DNA of 64,000 nt. Origin: Mustelus asterias (taxonomy: Eukaryota). The stretch lies in assembly GCF_964213995.1 (NCBI RefSeq), contig NC_135811.1, forward strand, positions 96,038,001 to 96,102,000, read 5' to 3'. Below the pieces are notes generated by a model. It saw only the letters and a list, made by a program, of their open reading frames with translations. It searched no databases and had not been told where the DNA came from. The translations under genes were made by a program, and so were the position numbers. Positions 30,225 through 43,162 of this stretch are shown here, piece after piece. The first letter of the stretch is position 1; every line of letters starts with the position of its first letter.

Positions 30225-31646
30225 GTGAGTAAAAACATGCATATTATTTTTTGTTACTACTTTTCATGCTCCTCAGTGGCAAGTTTTGTAATTTAACCAT
30301 CTTCAGTGAGCAACTTGTTAACAAGAACATTTTATAGAAGTTGAAATACTGTTTGGAGGTCTTGTGGCACAATGGGTAGCATCCTCTGCTGCTGAGTCAG
30401 AAGCCCTGGCTTCAATCCCCACTCCAGGGCTCGGTGGCCACCAATGTGCGTTCATAGCACAGCCGAACAGGTTAATTATGTTGATGGGGGTTTTCTTTTG
30501 AGGCTATGTATTGCTAAACTTAAGCCAAATACAAAGACTCATGAAACTCAGTGCAGTGATTTTAAGTCGTGACTTTATTAACCAAACGATCGATTGGAGA
30601 ACGATATAAAGTTGCCCAGCACTCCAGGTAGCGAATGCGGGCAGCCCAATATCACTCTGAAAAACAATGCCTCCATGAGGGCAATTATACATGTTCAAAA
30701 TCATATTTCCCACTTTTCCGGTAGACATCATCCAATAAACATTAATACAAATCAGTCAGTAATCATCTCTCACCAACTCAAGCCAATAACAATTTACATC
30801 CTGGGCTCAGGGGATCTTATTTGTCCTTAATTTCGGATGTTACCTTCCTCGGTTGCCTAGCAACACAGGACATTGGACAGTGAAATGGGAGAACAGACAC
30901 TAATCCGACCCTGAGAAAATCCTTATGTCTGCCTTGCACCTGCGTTATCAGTTTTGAGCTGCATAGTTCCATTCATCAAACTGGCATTGGTAGCCATTTT
31001 GTTCCCTACAACTGCTGATAAAGTGGCCACATTCAGTAGAACCATTGTCCCACAGAATGCAGGCCCTATCTACAACTTCATCCCGTCAAGCCCTGCTATA
31101 TCTTGCTGTTGGCTGAAGTTTCACAAAATGTATTCTAAAAGCAAACTGCGTCCATTTTATAAATTCAAAGTGCATGTTTTAAATGAGGAATGCTTGTTAT
31201 TCAATTAGAGCTGTGTTTAAGATCTCTTCAGTCAGTATTGTGTTAATGTTCTCAAACCATGATTGTGTTTTCTGTTAGCCTAATTTAGCCCCCCTACATC
31301 AATTATCAACCTGAAATACACCAATGGCAGGTGTTAAGAGAGGGAGAAACTCCTCGTCAGCCATGCATGTTGTGGAGTGGCGTCCCTCAAGCCGAAGCCT
31401 CTGGCTTCAGGCCAGTGACCTCTTCGGGGAAAAACCAAAATGTGGAAACAGATGAAGCATTTGCTTTGTCTGCCTCGTGTTTTAGGGATGAGAAGAGAAT
31501 CGGGTGAAGAGAGAAGTGTTATTTAAGACATTAACAAAGCAGTAATTAGTAAGCTGTTTTCATTAAATTAATTGCACAGTTATCACAACTTGAAATTTGG
31601 CTCTGACATGAAAATCTTTGCTGCTCTTTCTATTTAATTTGCACAG

Positions 31647-31762
31647 AACAAACTCTGGTAACACAAGTGACTTGTTCCCCATGTCTCCGCGAACACTGGA
31701 CTCTTTGATGCATTGTGGAAGTAATAATGAAGGACCTGAACAAGGAGCAGCAGGTGGCCTTG
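31647..31762 (+). CDS. STAT3: STAT3 exon 23 (transactivation domain, PMSP Ser727)
   Basis: TNSGNTSDLFPMSPRTLDSLMHCGSNNEGPEQGAAGGL; 116 nt. Confidence 0.96.
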
Positions 31763-31897
31763 GTAAGTGGCATGCAGGGTCCTCACAACATGTACTGTTC
31801 ACCTAGAGAAATCATGAAACTGTGATCCAATGACTTGTTTTCAGTGGAAACTTCAAACAATTTTAATTTACTGTTTTATTTTTCTATTGCTTTATAG

Positions 31898-31953
31898 ATT
31901 CCATTACTCTGGACATGGAGTTTGGCACAGAATGTGCTGCTTCTCCAATGTAA
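31898..31953 (+). CDS. STAT3: STAT3 exon 24, coding part
   Basis: DSITLDMEFGTECAASPM-TAA; ttatag acceptor. Confidence 0.96.
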
Positions 31954-32569
31954 ATTCTGTGCACCATTAGCCAATGCAGGATGTGTGGTTCTGGTTATAG
32001 CTTCAGTATGATTAACCACTAGTTATAATGGTTTACTCAGTAATTTGTTTATATCTCTGGTCTTCTAAATATTAATGCTTTAATAATGTTACTATTATTG
32101 TTAAGTTGCATATAATGCTTTTACTGCATTGTATTATGTTAATTTCCAGCTGCTTATTCCAAATTTAATCCAACAAAGAAAGCTTTCTTTTCCACCAGTC
32201 CAGTACTTCAACCTGGATTCTATTTAGTCCTTTGCATTTGCAAGTGGTTCAAAAGAAGCAAACTCTCTGTAGTATGTTGCAAGGCTCTAGTGCACTAAGG
32301 CGCTATGCTACCCTTGTATACCGTCCTTTCTTCATGTGGATTTACTAGGTGTGCATTATCAACAGCTTCGAGCATACAGTAGCAACTCTCGGTGAGATTA
32401 AAGGTGAATTCTTCAGAAGTGTGTTTCTTGACTGTTTAAATGCAGTGATGATTCACTTTATAAAAGAGATGTGGAATACATTCCTGCACTACAATGCATC
32501 TTGTTTGGAAATTGACACCCAGGTGCGTAGTAACAGACTACTGTGCGTGACCAGTGTTTGAACTGCTTT

Positions 32570-32810
32570 TTTCATGTTTTATTTCTCGGAATGTGGGTGC
32601 CCTGGGAAGATTGTCATGCATTACCTATTCTTGAAAAGATGCTGGCGAAGCTTCCTTGAGCCACTATCAGTTTGAGTCAACCGAGCAACTTTATGGTCAC
32701 GTACTGATACCAGCTTATTGTTTCCATATCTTTTAACTGAATTCAAATTCTGAAATTGCCATAATGGGAATTGCATTTGTGTGCTCTGGATTAACTAGTC
32801 CAGGCCTCTT
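32570..32810 (-). mobile_element. Degenerate L2-tailed SINE in the STAT3 3'UTR
   Basis: Reverse similarity to 50092-50438 (CTCTGGATTAACTAGTCCAG, TGAATTCAAATT). Confidence 0.55.
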
Positions 32811-34483
32811 GAATACTTGCACTGTATAGAGCTCAGAGGAGATGCTGGTACTGAGACTGGACTTTAAAGGAAAGGTGTCAAATCTCTGTGTTAGTGAGCT
32901 CCGCATCCTCTGGTTATTCACTAGTTATCAGAAGGGAAGCATATTGCCATGGTGCACTGGACAAGCTGACTGTGCTCAATTTATTTCAAGAGTCAACTAA
33001 AGTTTCTTGATGAGTAAATGGATATTGTAGTGCATTGCTAAATTTAGCAATACAGTGGAATTTTTCTGAGGCTGGTTATTAATTAAATAAGTAAAAGTTC
33101 TCTAAAATCGATTAATTGTTTTTATATTAAAAGCATTTTTGTTACAACTCTTAAACGAGGTTCTAAAAGACAACTGCACCCATGTGGTGCATTGCCATTG
33201 AGGGAAGAGGAACCTGACATTGTTAATTTAGAAAGGTTTGAAATGTAAATTGTATGAAACTGCAGGGACTTGTAGTGTGTCTGAGATTTGTACCTTGGAG
33301 AGGTACAGTTGGCATTGCAGGAAGTGATGAAATGGAATGATGGAAACGGCTTGGACCAGCCTTGGCCGGAGGTAGAAGATTACAATGTAGTTGAGTGCAT
33401 TTGACTAAAAATTCAAGGTCTGCAATCATTCCAGTGATACTATGTTTATTATTGACAAAGATATATGTAGAGCAATGCTTGGTCTAGCTGTGGGAATGCA
33501 CTCATAAGAATGTTTGATGTTGCCCTAGCACTTGAGGTGGATTTGTAGTGAATTGTGCAAATGAAATACCATGTATGACCCTGCTGGCCAACATTTGTCT
33601 ATATTGGGCCATCAGAATCTTTGTTGAAGGTTTAGCATTTGGGAAGGGGAAGAATGAGGACCAGAAATCTCATTTGAACCCAGGCCTTTTGACATGAATG
33701 CTTTTTTGAAATAAAAAGGGTTTATTCAAGATTAGTATTTCCACCCCCACCCACCCATGTAAAAAGCTTCTTTGCAAAGACTACACTATAATTTTAACAA
33801 CTCCAGTGGGCGTGCATTGTGCTACCATGTGGATAACGTTGTATTAAACTTTATAATCATGATTTTTGACTTCAAAACCCACGATTAAGTCAAGCAGAAG
33901 TGATTTTTAGCAGACCTTTGTGTATCGTTCCCCATACATTACGGGAGAGGGATGAAATATTCAACAAATTGGAAAGGTTTCCTTGATCAGGGATTTGAAT
34001 TCACCAATGTTGGAAAAAGTAAATCTCTAGCAGAGAGCTACAGAGGTGTCCAAATTGAATTCTGACCTGTTTGAGTAACCATTTATTACCTCCTCATCCC
34101 CTGCTTCGTTGTAACGCAGTTTGATTTCATTGTGCCCTAAAGCCAACTGTATACCTCCACTGTCTTATTCAATATCATTACTTTTCACAAGCAGGGAATA
34201 ATATTTCTAGTCCCCTCTATTGTATATGGAGAAACGAAAGAATCTAGGATTTCTTGAATTCTAAAGCTGATTGAAAATCACTTAAGCTGTAAAACATTCT
34301 AATGCAATCCAATTCTGATTTTATCATTTTTTAATTAATTTCATTTGTGTTATGGGATGTATGGTTTGATTGTATCAAGATATGTGTATATGAAAAGTAT
34401 GCATAAATGAAAAAGGCAGCATTCATTTATGCTGTAAATTTTATTGCTGTAATACTGAATACTGTCTCCTTACCCTTTTACTG

Positions 34484-34489
34484 ATTAAA
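34484..34489 (+). terminator. Candidate STAT3 polyadenylation signal (ATTAAA)
   Basis: TGTA motifs upstream and GT/T-rich sequence downstream; implies a ~2.5 kb 3'UTR. An alternative AATAAA lies at 33710-33715. Confidence 0.45.
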
Positions 34490-35144
34490 AGGCCAAGCTT
34501 TAACTGTCCAGTTGTCCCAGTGTTTTATTTCTGAATTTTGGGTTTGTCGAAATTGTCTTTTTATTGCCCTTTGCCATGCAACAAAATCAACAGATACTTT
34601 CAACGCAGTCAACTGAGAATGCATCTCTCAAGTATATACATAATTTATATAAGGGAACATGTGTTGAATGTATGTCATATTTGAAGTTTTTTTAAATTGC
34701 CATTCCCTGCATCAGTTGTACAGACCCCAAGGGCTTAAAACTGCCCCCTTTGGCAATAGCACTGCATTTCAAAATGGCTTTGTATTGTGCTGGAGGATCA
34801 CCTGGAACATAATTATATTAATTTTACACTTAAAACAATCCCAGAAGACCAATATAATGGCCCAGAATTTGCAAGGCTTTTGAAGGCCAACGATGAGTGT
34901 TTGCTGTCATTACCTCCCTGAAACTGGCCGCAACTTCAGGAGTGAGTGCATGCACAGATTAACATGAGTGCCTGATGCAATTGGAGAATCATAAGCTGTT
35001 GTCATTTTGCAGAATTCACTTCCGCATGTGGCAAATCATTGAGATATTTCATGCTTAGTGAGTAAAACATGCCAAATCAAAGAAATTAGCAAAACTATCC
35101 AAATTTCTGGTTTTAAAAAGGTCCACGTCAAGGAGTGCCTTAAA

Positions 35145-35460
35145 CGGCCATGGTGGCACAGCAGTTAGCACTGCTGCCTCAGTGTCAGGGACCTGGGTTC
35201 GATTCCAGCCTCTGGTCATTGTGTGGAGTTTGTACGTTCTCCCCGTATCTGCGTGGGCTTCCACCCAGGTGCTCCGGTTCTCTCCCGCAGTCCAAAGATG
35301 TGCAGGTTAGGTAGACTTGCCATGCTAAATTGCTCCCTAGTGACAGAGAGATTAGCAGGGTAAATATGTGGGTATGTAGGGATAGGGCCTGGGTGGGATT
35401 GTTGTCATTTCAAGCTTGATGAGCTGAATGACCTCTTTCTGCACTGTAGGGATTCTATGA
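35145..35460 (+). mobile_element. V-SINE
   Basis: Head, V-domain, tail. Confidence 0.9.
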
Positions 35461-35957
35461 AAAGGGAGGAATGTGGAAAGATTGTGCTTGGGGTGGGAGC
35501 ATTCCTAGAGAGTGGAGTCCAGATAGTTGAAGGTACAGCCAACATTGAAGGAGCAAAATGAAGGCGAAGAAATGCACTGTCTTCAGAATCCTCCGACCTT
35601 TCTTCTTAGAATTCTTCATAAATAAGACAAGCCACTAGATGGGAGTCATTCTGGTATCACAGGAGAGTAAATAAACACAATTGTTCCTGCCTGACAACAG
35701 TCTTTTACTAGTATAACTGCTGAACTTGAGATGTCTCTTCAACATGAACAACTTTTTTAATGATGATGGAGAGGATAAAACTCCTTTTAAAAAAAATAGT
35801 GGAGATGGCTGGTATAGTGGTAATGCCACTCGACTAGTAATCCAAACACCATCCTCATGCTCTTTTTTTTTACTCACATGGGATGTGGACATCGCTGGCA
35901 GGCCAGCATTTCCTATCCCTAATATCTCTTCAACAGATTGGCTTGCTAGGCTATTTT

Positions 35958-37090
35958 AGAATCATAGAATCCCTACACTGCAGAAGGAGGCCATTTGGCC
36001 CATCAAACCTGCATCGATGACAATACCACCCAGGCCCTATCCCCGTAACCTCAGGTAGTTACTGATCTAATCTCCCTGACACTAAGGAGGCAATTCATCA
36101 TGGCCAATCAACCTAACCTGCACATCTTTGGAGTGAGAGGGGAAACTGGAGCACCCAGAAGAAACACACGCAGAGACATAAGAACTAGGAGCAGGAGTAG
36201 ACCATCTGGCCCCTCAAGCCTGTTCCGCCATTCAATAAGATCATGGCTAATCTTTTCATGGGCTCAGCTCCACTTACCCGTCCGCTCACCATAACCCTTA
36301 ATTCCTTTACTGTTCAAATATTTATCCTTGCCTTAAAAACATTCAATGAGGTAGCCTCAACTGCTTCACAGGGCAGGGAATTCCACTGATTCACAACCCT
36401 TTGTGTGAAGAAGTTCCTCCTCAACTCAGTCCTAAACCTGCTCCCCCTTATTTGGAGGCCATGCCCCCTAGTTCTCGTTTCACCCGCCAGTGAAAACAAC
36501 TCCCCTGCTTTATCATATCCCTTTCATAATCTTATATTTCTATAAGATCTCCCCTCATTCTTATGAATTCCAGTGAGGATAGCCCCAGTCTACTCAGTCT
36601 CTCCTCATAAGCCAACCCTCTCAATCTAATGAATCTCCTCTGCACCCCCTCCAGTGCCAGTATATCCTTTCTCAAGTAAGGAGACCAAAACTGTACACAC
36701 TACTCCAGGTGTGGCCTCATCAGCACCTTATACAGCTGCAACATAACCTCACTTTTTAAACTCCATCTCTCTTGCAATGAAGGACAAAATTCCATTTACC
36801 TTAATTACCTGCTGCACCTGCAGACCAACTCCTTGTGATTCTTGCACAAGGACACCCAGATCCCTCTGCACAGCAGCATGTTGCAATTTTTTACTATTTA
36901 AATAATAGTCCATTTTGCTGTTATTCCTACCAAAATGGATGACCTCACATTTACCAACATTGTACGCCATCTGCCAGACCCTCGCCGGGGAGGAGGAGAA
37001 CGTGCAAACTGCACACTGTCACCCGAGGCCGTGAATTAAACCCAGGTCCTTGGCGCTGTGAGACAACAGTGCTAACCTCCGTACCACGGG
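35958..37090 (-). mobile_element. V-SINE split by a CR1 insertion
   Basis: Tail half 35958-36175 and head half ~36986-37090. Confidence 0.8.
36176..36985 (-). mobile_element. CR1 LINE 3' fragment
   Basis: NVGKCEVIHFG..QRDLGV; TRGHGL..FFTQRV. Confidence 0.9.
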
Positions 37091-39552
37091 GCAGTTAAGA
37101 ACCAATGTTAATTTGGGGTCAGACTCTGACCTATACCAGACCAGGTAGGGACAGCAAATTCTTTTCCCTAAAGGGACTTCAGTGAACTGATGGGCTTTAA
37201 TGAAATCAGTGATAGTTTAACAGTCTGTCGTGGTGGGATTCGAACCCCTGACTCTACAGCATTAATCTGGACCTCTGGATTACTAGCCCAGTGATATTAC
37301 CACTGCTCCACTGTTTCCAAATCTCTGGGAGAGAGATCCCACTACAGCAGCTGGTGGAATTTATATTCAATTCAAAAATTAAAAAAATTGGAATTAAAAG
37401 TTAGTCTTGGTAATGGTGACCATGAAATTATCAATTGTCCTAAAAGCCCATCCGATTCACTAATCTCCTTTAGGAACTGAGGAGCTGGAGTAGGCCTTTT
37501 AGCCTGCTCTGCCATTTAACCAGATCAACGGCATTTTCCCACGCCAGCCCCACATCTCTTCCTGTCATTAGTACCTAGAAATCTATCAATCTTTGTCTTT
37601 AACATACTAAATGAATGATCTTACACAGCCCTTGAGGTTAGAGAATTCCAAAGATTCACTGCCCTCTGAAGAAATGACTTCTCATTTCAGACCTAAATGG
37701 TTTGCTACTTAATCTGAGATTCTGTCTCCTGGTTGTAGAGCTCCCAGTCAGGGGAAACATACTACGTGTATGCTGCCCTTTTAAGGATATCTGCTGTTCT
37801 TGTCTGGTCTGATCCACATGTGCTTCCAAAAGACATTTGCTATTGTTAGGCCCCTGGATCCGAACCCCAAGGTATATTATGAAGCCAGAATAGACCCAAC
37901 AATTTTTCTATTTTGGCAAAAATGTGAGGATAGGATGCTTCACTCCAGGAGTAATTCCACTGACAAATTAGAAATCTTTGATCAAAATGAGCTTTATTCA
38001 TAACAGTTTAAATATAACTTCTAACAAAGGAAACAGCTTAACCATTAACAGTTGAACAATATTTTAAAAATGAAAGGGAACAACTTCAATATCTGACATC
38101 AGTTCCAATTTAGCAATCTTCTCTTAATGACTTAAAATTCCACTTTAAATACAGTTAGCAACCATAAACATACTTGCTCTGATGAGTGTTGTCAGTCTCA
38201 AAGCTTTCAGAGAGGTTTTGATTTTCAGAACAGCTTGCAGACCTCTCTTTAAACAAACCCCAGCCAGAAATGAAAGCTGTTTCTCTGCTACAAACATGGC
38301 TCTTCCCATTAACCACATTATCACATGATCCTGTCAATCAACCTAATCAAAAGCCCCAGAGGAAATCTTCATCTATAAATAAAAGTCCGTTAGCTTTCTC
38401 CAAAGTAAACACTACATGGCTAAAATCGGTAATTATCCTGCTGTCCCAACATCTGAGCTGTATTCCTACCAGATGTGAAATATGTCAATAGCACACTATC
38501 ATCACAATATAGTCCTGCACAACAGACTTGAGCAAAGTTATGGCTCATTAGCAACATGGTTGTGGACTTGGCTGAGTGACAGGGAACAGACAGTAGTGAT
38601 TTATAGATACTTTGAGGCTGAGAGAAGCTTTGAAGTGGAGTCCCCCAGGGATCAGTGTTGGAACCCTAGCTTTTCCTGAGATATATTAATGACCTAGCTC
38701 CTTCTTCACATACTCATGCCTATAATCATGAGTCTACTATGCAGTAACTTATCAAAAGCCCTTTTGAAAATCCAAGTATAATAAATTCACTGCATTATTC
38801 TTGCCTGTTCTTCGCTCTTCAAAGAATTCAGTAAGGTTGGTCAAGCATGATTCCACGTTGACTATATTTTGATATTCTAGATGTTTATGAGTGCTTTTGG
38901 TGAAGATTCCATTATCATTCCTACCACTAATGTTAAGCTAACTGGTCTATAGATCCTTGGGCTGGTTCTATCTCCCTTTTTAAATGAGTTACAATCCCTG
39001 CTGATGTTGCATGCGAGGGTGTCCCAAAACACACAAGAGTAAGTTGGAACACCAATTTGTAGCAGTGTATGCGTTCTTTTGGTATTATAAGAGGAACGAT
39101 GTACAGCCTAGTGAAAGAACAGTCCAGTCCTTGTGTGGACAATTAATAAAGAATATTTATAAACTTCAAAAAATAAAAATGCAATAATAAAAAGGACTAT
39201 AATACAACACGTAAGTACACTGATGATTATACACAATTTTTTTATGAAATATTACTTGGTCCCCAACTACCTATGTTACCTGAAACTCTGAGATGCTCAT
39301 TTTCCCAAACAACATCCAATATTAAGTCACTGAGATAAATCCAGCAAATAACTTCCGCATACAGGTTAAAGTGGCCATGTCTGGGAACTGTCTTAACGTT
39401 CCACAAAGGTGGCAAATGGCTACTTCTTTCAGGAGATTGTATCTGCAACTTCTGCAGTTCTGTTGTTAGCTGTCTCTCCTCCTTCCCCGTAGTGATTTGC
39501 AGTTATACTGTATCTTTCCCTTTGATGTTATCCACCCTGTGGAGTTGGCTTT

Positions 39553-39701
39553 GATGTGGAGATGCTGGCGTTGGACTGGGGGTAAGCACAGTAAGAAGTC
39601 TCACAACACCAGGTTAAAGTCCAATAGGTTTATTTGGCAGCACAAGCTTTCGGAGTCTCAGGCTCCTTCAGGTGAGTGATTCAGGTGTGAGACTTCTTAC
39701 T
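39553..39701 (-). mobile_element. PLE family A insertion with short inverted end
   Basis: TSD GAGTTGGCTTT 39542-39552/39702-39712. Confidence 0.8.
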
Positions 39702-40165
39702 GAGTTGGCTTTTGGCAGGCACATGATAATTTCTTTATCTCGCCATTTAAAAATGACCCATTCTTTAGTCATGATGTGGAGATGCCGGCGTTGGACTGGG
39801 GTAAACACAGTAAGAAGTTTAACAACACCAGGTTAAAGTCCAACAGGTTTATTTGGTAGCAAAAGCCACACAAGCTTTCGAGGCTCTGAGCCCCTTCTTC
39901 AGGTGAGTGGGAATTCTGTTCACAAACAGAACTTATAAGACACAGACTCAATTTACATGAATAATGGTTGGAATGCGAATACTTACAACTAATCCAGTCT
40001 TTAAGAAACAAAACAATGGGAGTGGAGAGAGCATCAAGACAGGCTAAAAAGATGTGTATTGTCTCCAGACAAGACAGCCAGTGAAACTCTGCAGGTCCAC
40101 GCAACTGTGGGAGTTACAAATAGTGTGACATAAATTCTGATTCTAGGATCGCATGATAAAGACTC

Positions 40166-40795
40166 GTTGTCCAGTACTTCCCCGGAGCGGAGAAGCTACG
40201 GCATCTCCTCCGGAACCTTCAACATGTCATTGATGAAGACGAACATCTCGCCAAGGCCATCCCCACACCCCCACTTCTTGCCTTCAAACAACCGCACAAC
40301 CTCAAACAGACCATTGTCCGCAGCAAACTACCCAGCCTTCAGGAGAACAGTGACCAAGACACCACACAACCCTGCCACAGCAACCTCTGCAAGACGTGCC
40401 GGATCATCGACACAGATGCCATCATCTCACGTGAGAACACCATCCACCAGGTACACGGTACATACTCTTGCAACTCGGCCAACGTTGTCTACCTGATACG
40501 CTGCAAGAAAGGATGTCCCGAGGCATGGTACATTGGGGAAACTATGCAGACGCTGCGACAACGGATGAATGAACACCGCTCGACAATCACCAGGCAAGAC
40601 TGTTCTCTTCCTGTTGGGGAGCACTTCAGCGGTCACGGGCATTCGGCCTCTGATATTCGGGTAAGCGTTCTCCAAGGCGGCCTTCGCGACACACGACAGC
40701 GCAGAGTCGCGGAGCAGAAACTGATAGCCAGGTTCCGCACACACAAGGACGGCCTCAACCGGGATATTGGGTTTATGTCACACTATTTCACATAA
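40166..40795 (+). pseudogene. 5'-truncated PLE ORF, GIY-YIG endonuclease domain (209 codons + stop, no internal stops)
   Basis: ...PCHSNLCKTC...YSCNSANVVYLIRCKKGCPEAWYIGETMQTLRQRMNEH...AEQKLI...GLN. Confidence 0.9.
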
Positions 40796-41077
40796 ATATT
40801 TCTGCTTTTTTCCTCCTGAGTCTTTATCATGCGATCCTAGAATCAGAATTTATGTCACACTATTTGTAACTCCCACAGTTGCGTGGACCTGCAGAGTTTC
40901 ACTGGCTGTCTTGTCTGGAGACAATACACATCTTTTTAGCCTGTCTTGATGCTCTCTCCACTCCCATTGTTTTGTTTCTTAAAGACTGGATTAGTTGTAA
41001 GTATTCGCATTCCAACCATTATTCATGTAAATTGAGTCTGTGTCTTATAAGTTCTGTTTGTGAACAGAATTCCCACT

Positions 41078-41114
41078 CACCTGAAGAAGGGGCTCAGAGC
41101 CTCGAAAGCTTGTG
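41078..41114 (+). ncRNA. Minimal type I hammerhead ribozyme motif in PLE pLTR
   Basis: CAC-CUGAAGA-A-GGGGCU(CAG)AGCCUC-GAAA-GC-UU-GUG; palindromic AAGCUU at stem III. Confidence 0.7.
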
Positions 41115-42059
41115 TGGCTTTTGCTACCAAATAAACCTGTTGGACTTTAACCTGGTGTTGTTAAACTTCTTACCATTCTTTAGCCCCATTGTTCTCTCTA
41201 GTCACATATGTAAACATTTGTTTTTCCACTGGTCGGCTAATTATCCTTTCTCCAGATGACTGCATCTAATCAACTCAGTGTCATGTTCTTTATCCATTGT
41301 TTCATTTTGTTTTTAATCTAATTAACAAATGTAACATTGGCTGTTTGCAAGTCATCTGGTAGTATTCTCTTGCCTGATGATTATATATGTAATAGCACTT
41401 GAAATTCATTGAAGTTCATTGCAACATTGAAAGTTCTATTCCAGTCTTTGTCTAAAAGTCAAAGTAAGTTTAACTCCCCCTGGTGCTTTAGTTGTTAAAT
41501 GTGTTGGGAAGGTCTGTGGGTTGAGTCGCAGGTTTGTGCTGAGATAACTGATTCCGAATCAGGGATGACCTCATAGGTGGCTTCTCTGGGCTAGTTTTTA
41601 ACTTGCTTGAAATGCCAACAGTGGGGGTGAGTGGGTATTTGTAAAGCACAGAAACATGGACATCAGAGTTCCCCGCCTGTTGTGGCATTTTACTACCACT
41701 GTGCATGTGGCATCACCAAATCATTTTCGTCCCGGAAGGCTCAAATTCCACTTGTGTGGGGAGAACTTTGGTAGAGGCCGCAGGACATAGTTTGCGTTTG
41801 TTCTTCCATGGTGTGCATTTGTTACTGGCAAAGCCAGCAGTTATTGCCTTTCTCACAATTTCCCTTGATCCTGAAGGACAGGGAGCAATCCCGGGAGCAG
41901 ATCCAGAGATCCTGGGAGAAGGTGAAGGCGGATGGTAGGTGGGATATTAGAGGCCTTGGTAGAGTGGGCATGGGGTGGTCAGAGCATGAGGGAGTGATGC
42001 ACTATTGTTCCGGAAGTGGGGAGAGGGACTGTGGGGGTTGGGGGTTGCTCAGAGACACT

Positions 42060-42295
42060 TCATAGAACATTACAGCGCAGTACAGGCCCTTCGGCCCTCG
42101 ATGTTGCGCCGACCAGTGAAACCAATCTAAAGCCCATCTAACCTACACTATTCCAATATCATCCATATGCTTATCCAATGACCATTTAAATGCCCTTAAT
42201 GTTGGCGAGTCCACTACTGCTGCAGGCAGGGCATTCCATGCCCTTACCACTCTCTGAGTGAAGAACCTACCTCTGACATCTGTCCTGTATCTATC
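42060..42295 (-). mobile_element. CR1 3' end
   Basis: CAGGCCCTTCGGCCC...CAGGGCATTCCA...CTCTGAGTGAAGAA. Confidence 0.8.
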
Positions 42296-42302
42296 ACTAG
42301 AT

Positions 42303-42632
42303 AGAATCACTTCATAGAATCATAGAATCCCTATAGTGCAGAATGAGGCCATTCAGCCCATCGAGTCTGCACCAACCACATTTCCACCCAGACCCTCTTC
42401 CCGTAACTCCACATATTTACCCTGCCAGTCCCTCTGACACTAGGGTCAATTTAGCATAGCCAATCAACCTAACCCGCACATCTTTGAAGTGTGGGTGGAA
42501 ACAGGAGCACCTGGAGGAAACCCACGCAGACACAGGCAGGATGTGCAAACTCCACACAGACAGTGACCCAAGGCCAGAATTGAACCCAGGTCCCTGGTGC
42601 CGTGAGGCAGCAGTGCCAACCATTGTGCCGTC
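42303..42632 (-). mobile_element. V-SINE
   Basis: Head, V-domain, tail. Confidence 0.9.
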
Positions 42633-42852
42633 CATCACTTGCTGGATTCCACAGGTAAATACTCACCTCCTGGATTCGGCAGTCTCACCTGGATTTAAGC
42701 TGTTTTTCCAAAGCTTGGAAAATCTGGACATCCACAATTAAATTTTAAATGCAGGGGGTGACAATATTGTTTTCTCATTTGAAGTGTGAAACCACTTTCT
42801 TGAATTCGGGTAGTTATATACACCAATCGCCCCACTTCCGTTAAAGCTCACA

Positions 42853-43162
42853 GGTGGCATAATGGAACAGTGGTTAGCACTGCTGCCTCGCAGCGCCAAG
42901 GACCCAGGTTCGATTCTTGGCTTGGGTCGCTATCTGTGCGGAGTCTGCATATTTTCCCCATGTCTGCGTGGGTTTCCTCCCACAGTCCAAAGATATGTGG
43001 CTTAGGTGGATTGGCCGGGCTAAATTGACCCTTAGTGTCGGGGGACTAGCTACGGTAAATACATGGGGTTATGGGGACAGGGCCTGAGTGGGATTGTGGT
43101 CAGTGCAGATTCAATGGGCCGAATGGCCTCCTAGTGCACTGTAGGATTCTGTGATTCTATGG
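42853..43162 (+). mobile_element. V-SINE
   Basis: Head, V-domain, tail. Confidence 0.9.

Larger units (their letters stand above)
39769..41172 (+). mobile_element. Penelope-like element: GIY-YIG endonuclease region flanked by 356-bp inverted pLTRs
   Basis: Inverted repeat 39810-40165/40818-41173; TSD CCATTCTTTAG 39758-39768/41173-41183. Confidence 0.92.

Noticed and set aside
30277-30345. Alternative terminal exon right after exon 22 (PGKFCNL...RS*)
   Set aside because: It would need a 52-nt intron, too short for typical vertebrate splicing
31763-31897. Last-intron retention giving C-terminus GKWHAGSSQHVLFT*
   Set aside because: Strong GTAAGT donor and good acceptor; no evidence of retention
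33527-33533. miR-302/430-type seed match AGCACTT in the 3'UTR
   Set aside because: A single 7-mer is not distinguishable from chance without conservation data
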